DNA of 33,016 nucleotides from an uncultured Erysipelotrichaceae bacterium (GTDB lineage Bacteria; Bacillota_I; Bacilli_A; RF39; UBA660): NCBI GenBank assembly GCA_902783555.1, contig CACZRB010000056.1, positions 1 to 33,016 of the forward strand, read 5' to 3'. Shown piece by piece: positions 1 to 9,256 of this stretch (position 1 is its first letter; each line of letters starts with the position of its first letter). The notes under the pieces were generated by a model. It saw only the letters and a program-made list of their open reading frames with translations, ran no database searches and was not told where the DNA came from. The position numbers and the translations under genes were made by a program.

Positions 1-18
1 TTCATTTCATTCCTCCTA

Positions 19-957
19 TTAATCTAATATTTCTTTAAAGTTTACTGGAATTCCCATAATATCCATAATCTTATTAACTTTAATAGTTTTTAATTTACCA
101 GCTAAAATATCTAATTCATAACTAAATTCACTAAGTAATAATCTAAATTCATCTTTTCTAAGTAGACATTTTAAAATTATAAACAAAGCAAAAACATCTT
201 CCTTACCATATATATATTCTCCATCTAACATTGGAATATTTAATGATAAATGATATTTGGTATCACTAATCGGTTTTTGATTACGGTGATCATATAAAAT
301 ATCTTCATGCGCACATAAATTACGATAATTAGCAAGTATTGGTAAATATGTTATTAAATTTTCTACATTTACTTCATAAATATCTGCAATCTCTTCTTGA
401 TCCTCTCTTTTCATTATAGTATATAATTCACTAACAATACCAAAAGATAAAACTTTTACAACAACCCACAATGGAATATAACCATAATTATGAATATAGT
501 GACTTGTTGCAGAATGCTGAGCCCCATTTACTTTTATTTGCCTTTTCATTTTTCTAATCAAATCACTAATCTGTCTTTGCTTTTCTGGATTATTAGTAAA
601 ATTAGTAGGTTTTAAATAATCTTTTTCTTTATAACCATACTTTTTAGATAATTGATAAGAGAAAATACTTTTCATATTATTTTCTACAATAAGTAAATTT
701 TTAAAAATAATATTTCTAATTTGACGGTCAAAATTAAATAAGGCATAAAGTTCTGAAAAGTTGGTATTTGGTAGAAAGTAACGATCGTTTTTCGTCCTCA
801 AAAAAGGATGACGATATCCACTTATAAAAAAGTAGTTTTCTCTTATTAAAATATCACGTGCAAAATCAATATCATCTATAATAAGTCCTTTATTTTGAAG
901 GATTGAAATTTGCTCATCAATTGTTCTAAATACTTTTGCCTTAATATTTGCCTTCAT
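19..957 (-). CDS. Abi family (AbiD/AbiF-like, Abi_2) HEPN-domain protein
   Basis: N-terminal F.TIDEQI..L..KGL, NY..ISGY, IPLWVVVKVLSFG and HEPN RxxxxH motif RNLCAH. Start moved from 963 to the ATG at 957 to fit the AGGTGG SD. Lies outside the integrated element. Confidence 0.85.
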   Translation of the reverse strand: MKANIKAKVFRTIDEQISILQNKGLIIDDIDFARDILIRENYFFISGYRHPFLRTKNDRYFLPNTNFSELYALFNFDRQIRNIIFKNLLIVENNMKSIFSYQLSKKYGYKEKDYLKPTNFTNNPEKQRQISDLIRKMKRQIKVNGAQHSATSHYIHNYGYIPLWVVVKVLSFGIVSELYTIMKREDQEEIADIYEVNVENLITYLPILANYRNLCAHEDILYDHRNQKPISDTKYHLSLNIPMLDGEYIYGKEDVFALFIILKCLLRKDEFRLLLSEFSYELDILAGKLKTIKVNKIMDIMGIPVNFKEILD

Positions 958-1025
958 AACCATCCACCTATTATAAAATTATATCACATATTGCGATTAA
1001 ATCATACCTTCCTTTTATGAAAATA

Positions 1026-1556
1026 TTATGAAAAATACTTAATTATTGCTTTAGTAATAGTTTTAACCAAGTTTTTTTGATATTCATCAGTAGATAATTT
1101 TTCTCTATCACTTACATTAGATAAAAAACCACATTCAATTAAAACACCTGATACATTAAGTTTATTATACATATAAGTACCTGTTATTATTTTAATTTTA
1201 CGATTTGATTTAGTAAATTTATTTAATTCTTCTTGCACAACTTTAGCAATATTTTCATTATCATTTATTTTAGGGTAATAAAATACTTGTGGCCCATAAT
1301 ATTTTTCATTACTATATATATTTTGATGAATAGATAAATACATATCTGCATGTGAATTATTAATAAGCTTAATTCTATTATCAAAATCACTTTTCTTACG
1401 ATATAAAGCATTTGGATTACTTAAATCATTAATATCTTTTCTTGTTAATAAAACATTAGCACCTTTCTTCTCTAATTCAGTTTTTAACTTAAATGTAATT
1501 TCTAAGTTAATCTCACTTTCATTAATATTTCTTATACTAGCTCCAAAATCTTTTCC
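1026..1556 (-). CDS. cwlD: CwlD-like N-acetylmuramoyl-L-alanine amidase, 3' part (codons 43-218), split by the element
   Basis: The frame stays open upstream of the listed 1343 ATG up to the att core: GKDFGA..E..INL..VLLTRKD..DL..RKKSD..RIKLINNS.ADMYLSIHQN..YGPQVFYY..GVLIECGFLSN..YQ..IIKYF. These are Amidase_3 motifs in the CwlD pattern. Confidence 0.9.
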   Translation of the reverse strand, partial: GKDFGASIRNINESEINLEITFKLKTELEKKGANVLLTRKDINDLSNPNALYRKKSDFDNRIKLINNSHADMYLSIHQNIYSNEKYYGPQVFYYPKINDNENIAKVVQEELNKFTKSNRKIKIITGTYMYNKLNVSGVLIECGFLSNVSDREKLSTDEYQKNLVKTITKAIIKYFS

Positions 1557-1587
1557 TCCATGCCAAGGGTACTGATTGACAAGGTAA
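1556..1587. repeat. att junction at the recombinase end (core plus attP arm)
   Basis: Core ctccatg at 1556-1562. Arm agggtactgattgacaaggtaa (1566-1587) is an 18/22 inverted match to the arm at the other end. Confidence 0.9.
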
Positions 1588-3192
1588 CTAGTCTAAATTA
1601 ATAATATTCAAATGAATATCAATATCTCTGGTATTTAAATGATCGACCTTACCAACTTTGATAACATCAACAAATTCATCTACAATATCTTTTGATAATT
1701 TGTCTATATGCCTATATTTTTCAAAAACTGATTCGCTTATATTTATATGTTCTTCTTTGTCTTTTATGTTTTTGAGTTCATCTTCTATTATTGTTAATCT
1801 CTTTTTATATTCTTCAACTTCTTTAGAAAATTTAGTTCGAAACATAACAAATTCTTCTTGTGTAATAATTCCCTCTAATTTATCTTCATACAATTTTTTA
1901 TAATAATCATTTTTTCTTGCAATTTTTTCATTTAGACTTTCTTTTTCTTCATCATAACTTTTTACTTTGTTTATTGTTTCATCATCTAGAGCTGCTTTTT
2001 GCAATTTATAGTTTCTTTCTAATTCATTAAGATTATAGTAATTATCTAATTGCTTATTTATCTCATCTAAAATGTATTTTTCTATAATATCACATCTAAT
2101 TGATTCTTTATTAATACAATCCCTACTAGCAAGTATTCTACTTTTACATTTTAAATATGGAGTTTTACCATCTTTTGTAGTATAAAGCTGTCTAGTAAAT
2201 ACAGCACCGCACTCTTTACAATAAACTTTACAACTTAACATATATATTTCTCCAGTTGTTTTAAGAGGTTTTGTTCTTTTACTTTTTTTCTCTTGAACAC
2301 GGCGCCATGTTTCTATATCAATAATTGCTTCATGAGTTCCATAAGAATAAGTCCACTGTTCTTTTGGTTTTGATATTACTTTATGATTTTTATAACTCAC
2401 ATAAGTACTCTTTCCTTGTATAAGATTTCCAATATATACCTCATTTTGTAATATTTTTGCGATAGTATCTTGCGACCACTTTGTTTTTTCTTTATATTTT
2501 GCCTTTTTGCAAACAAATTTACTACCATTTTCTTTCTTATAATTTGTTGGAGTAGGTATCCCTTTATTATTTAAATTAGTAGCTATTTTGTGATATCCTA
2601 GTCCTGAAAGATATAATGCATAAATCTCTTTTACAACCTCAGCAGCGACAAGATCTATTATTAGTTTATTCTTATCATTAGGATCTTTCATATATCCATA
2701 TGGAGCAAAACTTCCCAAAAATAAACCATCTTCTCTTTTATTTTGTAAAGAATCTCTAATATCACGAGATAAATCTTCTAAATACCACTCGTTTATTAAG
2801 CCATTTATTTGTCTTGCTTTTTTATTTTCTCTTACATTTGTATCAGCATTATCAACGATACTAATAAAACGAACTCTCCACTCAATAAATTTATCATGAA
2901 GATATTTCTCAATAATTTCCATGTCTCTTGAAAATCTCGCTTGAGTTTTACATAACACTATATTAATTAAACCATTTTCACAATCTTGAATCAATTTATT
3001 AAACTGTGGTCTATTTCTATCTGCTCCAGACCAATCATCATCACTATAAATACCTACAACATTCCAATTTCTATTTAATGCATATTTTAATAACATACTT
3101 TTTTGATTTGCTATTGAATCACTATCATCGGATTTATCTCTTTTGTATCTATCTTCATCAGATAATCTAACATAAATACCAACATTATACAT
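1588..3192 (-). CDS. Large serine recombinase (resolvase, recombinase and zinc-ribbon domains; SpoIVCA-like architecture)
   Basis: YVRLS catalytic Ser, SG...RP.F, RFSR, APYGY, Y.G, THEAII and CKECG...C...C zinc ribbon. AGGAGG SD; the stop abuts the att arm. Confidence 0.95.
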   Translation of the reverse strand: MYNVGIYVRLSDEDRYKRDKSDDSDSIANQKSMLLKYALNRNWNVVGIYSDDDWSGADRNRPQFNKLIQDCENGLINIVLCKTQARFSRDMEIIEKYLHDKFIEWRVRFISIVDNADTNVRENKKARQINGLINEWYLEDLSRDIRDSLQNKREDGLFLGSFAPYGYMKDPNDKNKLIIDLVAAEVVKEIYALYLSGLGYHKIATNLNNKGIPTPTNYKKENGSKFVCKKAKYKEKTKWSQDTIAKILQNEVYIGNLIQGKSTYVSYKNHKVISKPKEQWTYSYGTHEAIIDIETWRRVQEKKSKRTKPLKTTGEIYMLSCKVYCKECGAVFTRQLYTTKDGKTPYLKCKSRILASRDCINKESIRCDIIEKYILDEINKQLDNYYNLNELERNYKLQKAALDDETINKVKSYDEEKESLNEKIARKNDYYKKLYEDKLEGIITQEEFVMFRTKFSKEVEEYKKRLTIIEDELKNIKDKEEHINISESVFEKYRHIDKLSKDIVDEFVDVIKVGKVDHLNTRDIDIHLNIINLD

Positions 3193-3269
3193 ATAAGATA
3201 CCTCCTAACTGTAAACATATTACATCTTTAATAAAGATATCCCAACTGTGCAAATTTTTTATTTGTAGA

Positions 3270-3410
3270 TCAATTATTTGCATTATTAGTTTTTTCTTTT
3301 TTAATTATGATTTTGGCTAATTTTTGATTAAATATTTTTATAATATCTTCTTTATCTTTACAAGCTATATTTAAATAAGTCTTAACATTATATTTTATTT
3401 CTGAATTCAT
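3270..3410 (-). CDS. 46-aa basic protein upstream of the recombinase (candidate directionality/accessory factor)
   Basis: MNSEIKYNVKTYLNIACKDKEDIIKIFNQKLAKIIIKKEKTNNANN. Its ATG overlaps the upstream TGA stop (ATGA) and a GGAG SD is present. Not in the ORF track. Function inferred from position only. Confidence 0.65.
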   Translation of the reverse strand: MNSEIKYNVKTYLNIACKDKEDIIKIFNQKLAKIIIKKEKTNNANN

Positions 3411-3706
3411 TTATGTTCTCCATTATAAAAATTATGTGGAGACTTATTAGAATATTCTTTTTTAGTTTTATTTATTTTACATTTTACTTCTTCTAATTGC
3501 TCACTATAAAGAATATCTATAAAACATTTAATGCTTGAATTATCTATATAAAGAGTATTTGTTAGATTTAATATAGAATTTGGTCGTATTTTTTTAAATT
3601 GCTTAACTTTAACATGATTTGATTTTGTTCTTCCTTTATATGAAACAGTTATTATTGGAATAACTTCAACCATTTCTTTATCATTGTTTAATACTAATAC
3701 TGGCAT
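3407..3706 (-). pseudogene. PemK/MazF-like toxin, probably N-terminally truncated
   Basis: PVLVL.ND...V.VIPI.T, HV, S, IDNSSI..I..L..EQLEEV match the PemK pattern. The N-terminal strand is missing, M occupies the usual R of RP, and there is no SD. Confidence 0.55.
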
Positions 3707-3729
3707 AATTCTTTGATTATTGTCATTAC

Positions 3730-3897
3730 TTATAACTCAAACTTATCAAGTGCTTGATAAACAACTTCTGATATTTCAATTTTGTGAATAACTTTTAAGT
3801 TATCAACAAATTCTACTGTATAAGTATTTTTAATTTCATTAAATCCCAATATATATGGATTGTCTTTACTCTTATTTCTTTTTGGTATATTTACCAT
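3730..3897 (-). pseudogene. N-terminal remnant of an ICE-type sigma-70 region-4 protein
   Basis: PKR.KSKDNPY.L...Y.VEF.D....H.IEIS..VY..LD.FEL resembles the N-terminus of sigma-like regulators of Bacillota integrative elements (recalled). It stops before any HTH. AGGAG SD precedes the ATG at 3897. Confidence 0.55.
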
Positions 3898-3984
3898 TTT
3901 TTCTCCTATCAACTCGAAATAAAAATTCAATTTGATAGTTAAGATGGTAATCTACATTTTCTAATTAAAGTTTTAAGGCAAACA

Positions 3985-4034
3985 AAAAAGAGCAGATATT
4001 TATACTTTCAAAAGCATAAGTATCTGCTCTTTTT
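3985..4034. terminator. Long hairpin (22/24 inverted repeat) in the leader of the recombination module
   Basis: aaaaagagcagatatttatacttt-ca-aaagcataagtatctgctcttttt, with T-tracts on both strands. Confidence 0.7.
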
Positions 4035-4368
4035 ACATAAGCGTTTTTTGGGGCAAGAAAAAGCATATAAGTAAATATGTTTTTTCTCATCATTAGTCAG
4101 CCTCTCTCATATGAGCAAAGACCTTTTTATACGACAATTATGAAACATATAAAAAGTAACTAAATAATAAAGCAATTCTAATAGAATACAATACTACTTA
4201 ACTACAAAATTCTATTTATTTGCATTTTACTATTATAGCCATCCCAATGCTATTTTTTATAAATATTACAAATTTCGACATAGAAAACTCAAACAATAAT
4301 CTTAAATTCGAAATAATTATTGTTTAGTTAGTATTAATAATATTTTAAAAAATATAGAAGCATAAACA

Positions 4369-5679
4369 CTATTTATTAAAAATTGGGAAAATTAAAGAGA
4401 ACACTAAAATAACAATTAGTATATAAACTAAAATGGAGAAGTAATCAAATATAAAAATTGATAGTATTCCAAGAATATAGCAACCAAAGATTGTTTTACT
4501 TTCATTTAATGAATAATTTATGGTTAATAATAAAAGTATTAAATATACAATTAAATCATATATTACAATTTTAGAAAAAGCAATGTAATTATATAATGGC
4601 AGTCTTAATATTATAATAATAAATATAAATGATATTATTTTCTTAATAATCCATATTTTTTTTGATATTCTTGTAAAAATAATACATGCGTTTTTCTTTA
4701 AATCTAAAAAGATAATTTTATTTAATATATAAATAATGCAAGATACAGAAATACATTTAGTTGCAAAACTAATTATTGATAATGATGCATAATTTGCACT
4801 ACATAAAATGTCATAATCATTTAACTCAATATCTTGACTATTTAAATATAATATGTTTATTATGTTTATTACTAAGTATAATAATAATGGTAAGTATATT
4901 TTTTTTATTATATTTATAATTTTATATATAATTAATTTTACATTTTTAAAAAATAAATTCCAATTAAATATACTAATTATTTTAGACAAGAATAATATAA
5001 AATAATACTTTGCAATATATGATATTATAAAATATGATATTTCATTTATTAAACTTCCATAATTTTTAAATAATAAAAATGATGGAAAGGAAACATAATC
5101 AACATTTGCCACAGGAATTAGTAAAAATCCATATATTAAAAATATTATAAAATTTAATGCATTTTTCTTTTTATAATTAAAGGATACATATGTTACAAAA
5201 TAAATAATAAAAAATATGAATATATAATTTCTTATTAATTCCCATATAATATATGAATATGTAGATATATTATATATAAAAAATATTTCGTTATTAATTA
5301 TAAATAAATGTTTAAAAATTCTAAATACAATTAAAGAAATTATATTAATAATATATATTAATGACATTAAACAAACTACATTATTAAAAATAAACTTTAG
5401 AAAACTTTCCTTATTAGAAAACCTAGTGATTAATTCTACACGATTTTTAAGGTTATTTATTAATTGCAATATGAAATATAGAATTATAGAAATCAACAAT
5501 ACCAAATAATAATTATTGCTTAGGTCAAAAGCAAGGTTATAAGAAAAGCCATACTTTTTTACTGTATTCATAATGCAATATAAATTTATAGCTAATATTG
5601 ATAAAATTAAATAAACAATATTTTGCTTTTTTAATATATTTTTTATAATGTAAAAATTATATTTAATCCTTTTTTTCAT
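4369..5679 (-). CDS. Polytopic membrane protein, probable ABC permease (possibly two fused units)
   Basis: Many hydrophobic segments; overlaps the end of the ABC ATPase gene. Confidence 0.65.
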   Translation of the reverse strand: MKKRIKYNFYIIKNILKKQNIVYLILSILAINLYCIMNTVKKYGFSYNLAFDLSNNYYLVLLISIILYFILQLINNLKNRVELITRFSNKESFLKFIFNNVVCLMSLIYIINIISLIVFRIFKHLFIINNEIFFIYNISTYSYIIWELIRNYIFIFFIIYFVTYVSFNYKKKNALNFIIFLIYGFLLIPVANVDYVSFPSFLLFKNYGSLINEISYFIISYIAKYYFILFLSKIISIFNWNLFFKNVKLIIYKIINIIKKIYLPLLLYLVINIINILYLNSQDIELNDYDILCSANYASLSIISFATKCISVSCIIYILNKIIFLDLKKNACIIFTRISKKIWIIKKIISFIFIIIILRLPLYNYIAFSKIVIYDLIVYLILLLLTINYSLNESKTIFGCYILGILSIFIFDYFSILVYILIVILVFSLIFPIFNK

Positions 5680-6301
5680 ATTTTAAATTACCACTATCTA
5701 ATTTATATAACTCATCAATTAAATTATCTATATCTTCTTTTATATGTGTAGCAATTATTATTATTTTATTATTTTTTAGTTTTTTTATTAAATCTCTCAT
5801 ATCATTAGCAGATTTATCATCTAACCCATTAAATGGTTCGTCTAATATTATCAAGTCCGAATCTTCCATTAAAACTTGGGCAATTCCTAATTTTTGCTTC
5901 ATTCCTAAAGAATAATCTTTGTATTTTTTGTTTTCTTCACCCTTTAGTCCAACTAATTCTAAAGTTTTTAATATTTTATTATCATCAATAACTTGCTGAA
6001 TAGAGGCTATTAATTTTAAATTATCAAAGCCAGATAATTCATTAATCATTTCGGGATTTTCAATTAAAGCTCTTGTTGATTTAGGAACCCCAAATTTCTT
6101 TATATAATTTTCGTTATCAAAAAGGACTTCACCTTTATCTGCATTGAGAATTCCACATATTATTTTTAATAAAACTGTTTTACCAGATCCATTTCTACCT
6201 ATTATTCCATATATTTTATTAGGTTTAAATTCAATATTTATATTATTAAGAATTGTTTGATTTTTAAAAGACTTAGATACATTATTTATTCTAACATTCA
6301 T
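5663..6301 (-). CDS. ABC transporter ATP-binding protein
   Basis: Walker A GRNGSGKT, signature YSLGMKQ, Walker B LIILDEP, H-loop ATH. Confidence 0.95.
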   Translation of the reverse strand: MNVRINNVSKSFKNQTILNNINIEFKPNKIYGIIGRNGSGKTVLLKIICGILNADKGEVLFDNENYIKKFGVPKSTRALIENPEMINELSGFDNLKLIASIQQVIDDNKILKTLELVGLKGEENKKYKDYSLGMKQKLGIAQVLMEDSDLIILDEPFNGLDDKSANDMRDLIKKLKNNKIIIIATHIKEDIDNLIDELYKLDSGNLKYEKKD

Positions 6302-6306
6302 AATAT

Positions 6307-7146
6307 TTATACTCCCATTCTATTTAATATTTTTTCTTTATTTTTATAACTTAATAATAATATTATAAAGCTTATAATAAAATAAATTAAAGATGATAAT
6401 AAGTAATTATATATTGATATATTTGATAGATTATATATTCCAAATAACCAATAATTATATGGTAAGTTTTCAAGTATCATTTCTAAAAGAAAATAAACAA
6501 TTATAAATTCTACTATATTAAATATGAATTTTCTATTTTTACTTTGAATAATTAATGCTATGTTAATAAATGACAACCATATAAGCATAATATTTAAACC
6601 ATATAATACAATAAAAAATTTAGTATTGTAATGTATTTTTTCAAATGTTGCTATACGCATTATTTCAGTTAAAGAATTAGGTCCATGCGATGAAATAGAC
6701 AAAGAAAGTAAATAGGAAAAAGCAATTATAAATGGGACAATTAATACATATTTATACGAATTTATAATTACAGATTTTATTAAATCATAATATTTTTTTC
6801 TTTGAACATAATAATAGGTGTATTTTGATTTCATGATCCTATTTAATGTATAAGTTGAAAACACTAGTAGTAATATAGGTGCAAATAATGGTAAATTATA
6901 TAATATTTCGGATTGCATAATACTATAAAAAATCGTTAGATTATCAGGTGTACTAGGCAAATTGCTTACATCAATATTTTTACAATAATCCTCCATTTTA
7001 CTATCACTATTATAGGCACAAATACTACTAAATTCCTCTATTAGATTATTATCATTAACTGTTTTTTTGACTTCTAAATACGATAATAATACCATTATAA
7101 AAAATATAATAAATAATAATATTAAGCCTTTTTTACTTTCTTTCAT
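6307..7146 (-). CDS. Membrane protein, probable ABC permease
   Basis: About six TM segments with an extracellular loop; directly upstream of the ATPase; GGAGG SD. Confidence 0.65.
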   Translation of the reverse strand: MKESKKGLILLFIIFFIMVLLSYLEVKKTVNDNNLIEEFSSICAYNSDSKMEDYCKNIDVSNLPSTPDNLTIFYSIMQSEILYNLPLFAPILLLVFSTYTLNRIMKSKYTYYYVQRKKYYDLIKSVIINSYKYVLIVPFIIAFSYLLSLSISSHGPNSLTEIMRIATFEKIHYNTKFFIVLYGLNIMLIWLSFINIALIIQSKNRKFIFNIVEFIIVYFLLEMILENLPYNYWLFGIYNLSNISIYNYLLSSLIYFIISFIILLLSYKNKEKILNRMGV

Positions 7147-7171
7147 AATCTATTTCCTCCTATATTAATTA

Positions 7172-7570
7172 TTAAATTGAATATTGCCAGTTAGAGCAAG
7201 AGTAATATGTATAAATAGACAAAAATGCATTTTTTATTTGAATTTTATAATTGCCAGTATTACTATAAGCTCCAGAATATGTATGGTCGTCGCCTGTTCC
7301 AAGTTCTACCCATTGACTATATGAATCATAATCAACATTATATAATCTGGCTTTTATATTAGTGTAATCACCATTATGATTACTAATAGTCCCAATATGA
7401 TAAACCTTTTGATTCGTACTATAATCTTTTGAAACCTGGCTAGACGTATAAGAACCACCAAGTTTAGGAATATCTACAGTTATTGAATATACTTGAGAAC
7501 TAGCAAAAACACCTGTTGTTATTATTCCCATACATAATACCAATGCAAACAATAGAATTCTATTTTTCAT
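7172..7570 (-). CDS. Small secreted protein heading the ABC operon
   Basis: Sec signal peptide ending VFA; mature part rich in Ser, Tyr and Thr; AAGGAG SD. Confidence 0.7.
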   Translation of the reverse strand: MKNRILLFALVLCMGIITTGVFASSQVYSITVDIPKLGGSYTSSQVSKDYSTNQKVYHIGTISNHNGDYTNIKARLYNVDYDSYSQWVELGTGDDHTYSGAYSNTGNYKIQIKNAFLSIYTYYSCSNWQYSI

Positions 7571-7690
7571 ACAATCTCCTTTCTAGAAAGCTCTGATTAT
7601 TTTTGCTTTCATCAAAAGATTAATAAATATTTTAAATATTTTAAATGCATAATTTAGCGAATAATGTCGCTTATATAACGCAATTTATTT

Positions 7691-7957
7691 TTAGTTACAA
7701 AATTTATAACAATCTATTAGTATTTTATTAATTTCAAATAATTGTACAGGTTTGTTTTTGTCGCAAGAAATATTGGTAATTTCACGAATTTCATTAGTTG
7801 CTAAATATAATAAATATTTATGATTAATAGATACCAATCGCTTTATTTCAGCAATAAAATCTAAATCATTTTTATAATATGTATAAAACTGAGAATCCCA
7901 CTTTTTATAATAGTATAATAATTCCAAGATAATATCATTTGTTTTGTTTTTTTTCAT
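7691..7957 (-). CDS. Hypothetical protein, divergent from an XRE regulator
   Basis: Start moved to the ATG at 7957 (AAGGAG SD); no motif recognised. Confidence 0.55.
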   Translation of the reverse strand: MKKNKTNDIILELLYYYKKWDSQFYTYYKNDLDFIAEIKRLVSINHKYLLYLATNEIREITNISCDKNKPVQLFEINKILIDCYKFCN

Positions 7958-8099
7958 TTTAATTCTCCTTATCTTTTTTATTATTTTAAATATTACACAT
8001 AATAGAAAAAAACGCAACACTTTTCTTTAACATTTGTGCAAAAGACATTTATATTACAGTTGTATAAAATATATAAAAGTTATTGTTTAGGAGATTATT

Positions 8100-8375
8100 A
8101 TGAATAGTAAGGAAATATTATCAATTAATTGGAAATTTTATCGTAAAATTTATAATTTATCTCAAGAAAAATTTGCTGAAATTATTGGAAGTAATATTGT
8201 ATACATAAATCAGTTAGAAAATTGTAAAAGAAAGCCAACTATCGATATGTTGGACAAAATTGCAAATAACTTAAATATTTTTGATGCTTCATTAAATATT
8301 ACTGCAAGTGACTTAATAAAATTTGATGCAAAGCATATTACAAATTTTAGAAGAATTGATGAAAAAACAAAATAA
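8100..8375 (+). CDS. XRE-family HTH regulator
   Basis: LSQEKFAEIIG..YINQLEN.KRKPTIDMLDKIA; AGGAG SD. Confidence 0.9.
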   Translation: MNSKEILSINWKFYRKIYNLSQEKFAEIIGSNIVYINQLENCKRKPTIDMLDKIANNLNIFDASLNITASDLIKFDAKHITNFRRIDEKTK

Positions 8376-8401
8376 ATATAGTGAAATACTTATTTTTTTA
8401 A

Positions 8402-9151
8402 TTACCAACTACCTGACCATGTTGCAGTAGCAGTTGACATAGTATCAAAATAACTGGAAACTGAACTTTCATGTACTATCCCATTTGTTCCAATAGTATG
8501 CTTTTTAGCATTTGTTAAACTTATTGTACTTGTAGCATGTGCGTAATCACCAAATGCTTTTTGAGTCAATATAGTTGCATTGACATTCTTTTCTACATTA
8601 AAATATAATTTTGCACTTAACGAACTAATGCTTCCTGTAGGAAGTTGGAATGTAGCAGTTGTCCCTGTAGAAGAAGTATATATAGATGCAGATGAAGAAG
8701 TTTGATTATCGTAAGTTAATAAGAAGTTGGCATTGCCACTTAATTTAACACTTTGATAATGGCCAATTCCTATAATATCATAACTTCTAGTGGCTGGCAT
8801 TAATTTCCAATTTAATACAACTTGATACTTATATTTTGATCCATTTGCAGATATTGATGTAGTCATTTTTTTATATGTGGTTTCAGTGTACCCATTTCCT
8901 CTTAACAGAATATTATCTAATGTAGGTATTACAGAATTATACTCATCTTCAGATATTTCTTGAGTATAACTATAATTATTCTCAAGTGGATTATATACTA
9001 TAGAATTAGTATCACTAAAACCATAATTATATGTTATTGTCTTATAATATTTTGTTTCAGTAACAATATCTTCATTATTACTATTATCTGCAAAAACCAA
9101 ACATGGAAATATGGAAATAATTCCTCCAATAATAAATAATAACTTTTTCAA
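8402..9151 (-). CDS. Secreted protein, paralog of 10367-11320
   Basis: Signal peptide ending VFA; W...P.TRS.D and Y.HAT motifs; TTG start with AAGGAG SD. Confidence 0.75.
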   Translation of the reverse strand: MKKLLFIIGGIISIFPCLVFADNSNNEDIVTETKYYKTITYNYGFSDTNSIVYNPLENNYSYTQEISEDEYNSVIPTLDNILLRGNGYTETTYKKMTTSISANGSKYKYQVVLNWKLMPATRSYDIIGIGHYQSVKLSGNANFLLTYDNQTSSSASIYTSSTGTTATFQLPTGSISSLSAKLYFNVEKNVNATILTQKAFGDYAHATSTISLTNAKKHTIGTNGIVHESSVSSYFDTMSTATATWSGSW

Positions 9152-9213
9152 ATTTGCTTTTTCTCCTTTCTGTTTTAAGATTACTATAAAAGTTATAATA
9201 ATATAAGCACTTA

Positions 9214-9256
9214 TAAATAGATATTAGTCGCTTATTTAGCGACTAATATCTATTTA
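9214..9256. repeat. Perfect 19-bp inverted repeat with a 5-nt spacer
   Basis: taaatagatattagtcgct-tattt-agcgactaatatctattta, overlapping the stop codon at 9243. Confidence 0.85.

Noticed and set aside
964-1025. RNA antitoxin upstream of the Abi gene
   Set aside because: The interval is very short and shows no convincing hairpin or repeat.
1026-1343. Stand-alone 105-aa amidase as listed in the ORF track
   Set aside because: The ATG is internal; the frame continues to the att core and the true start is at 13806.
1658-1903. 81-aa plus-strand ORF
   Set aside because: Antisense shadow of the recombinase, with a Ser/Leu/Phe-rich composition typical of reverse frames.
3195-3249. Imperfect repeat aagata..c.aactgt around the recombinase SD
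   Set aside because: Two short gapped copies in AT-rich DNA; too weak to call an operator.
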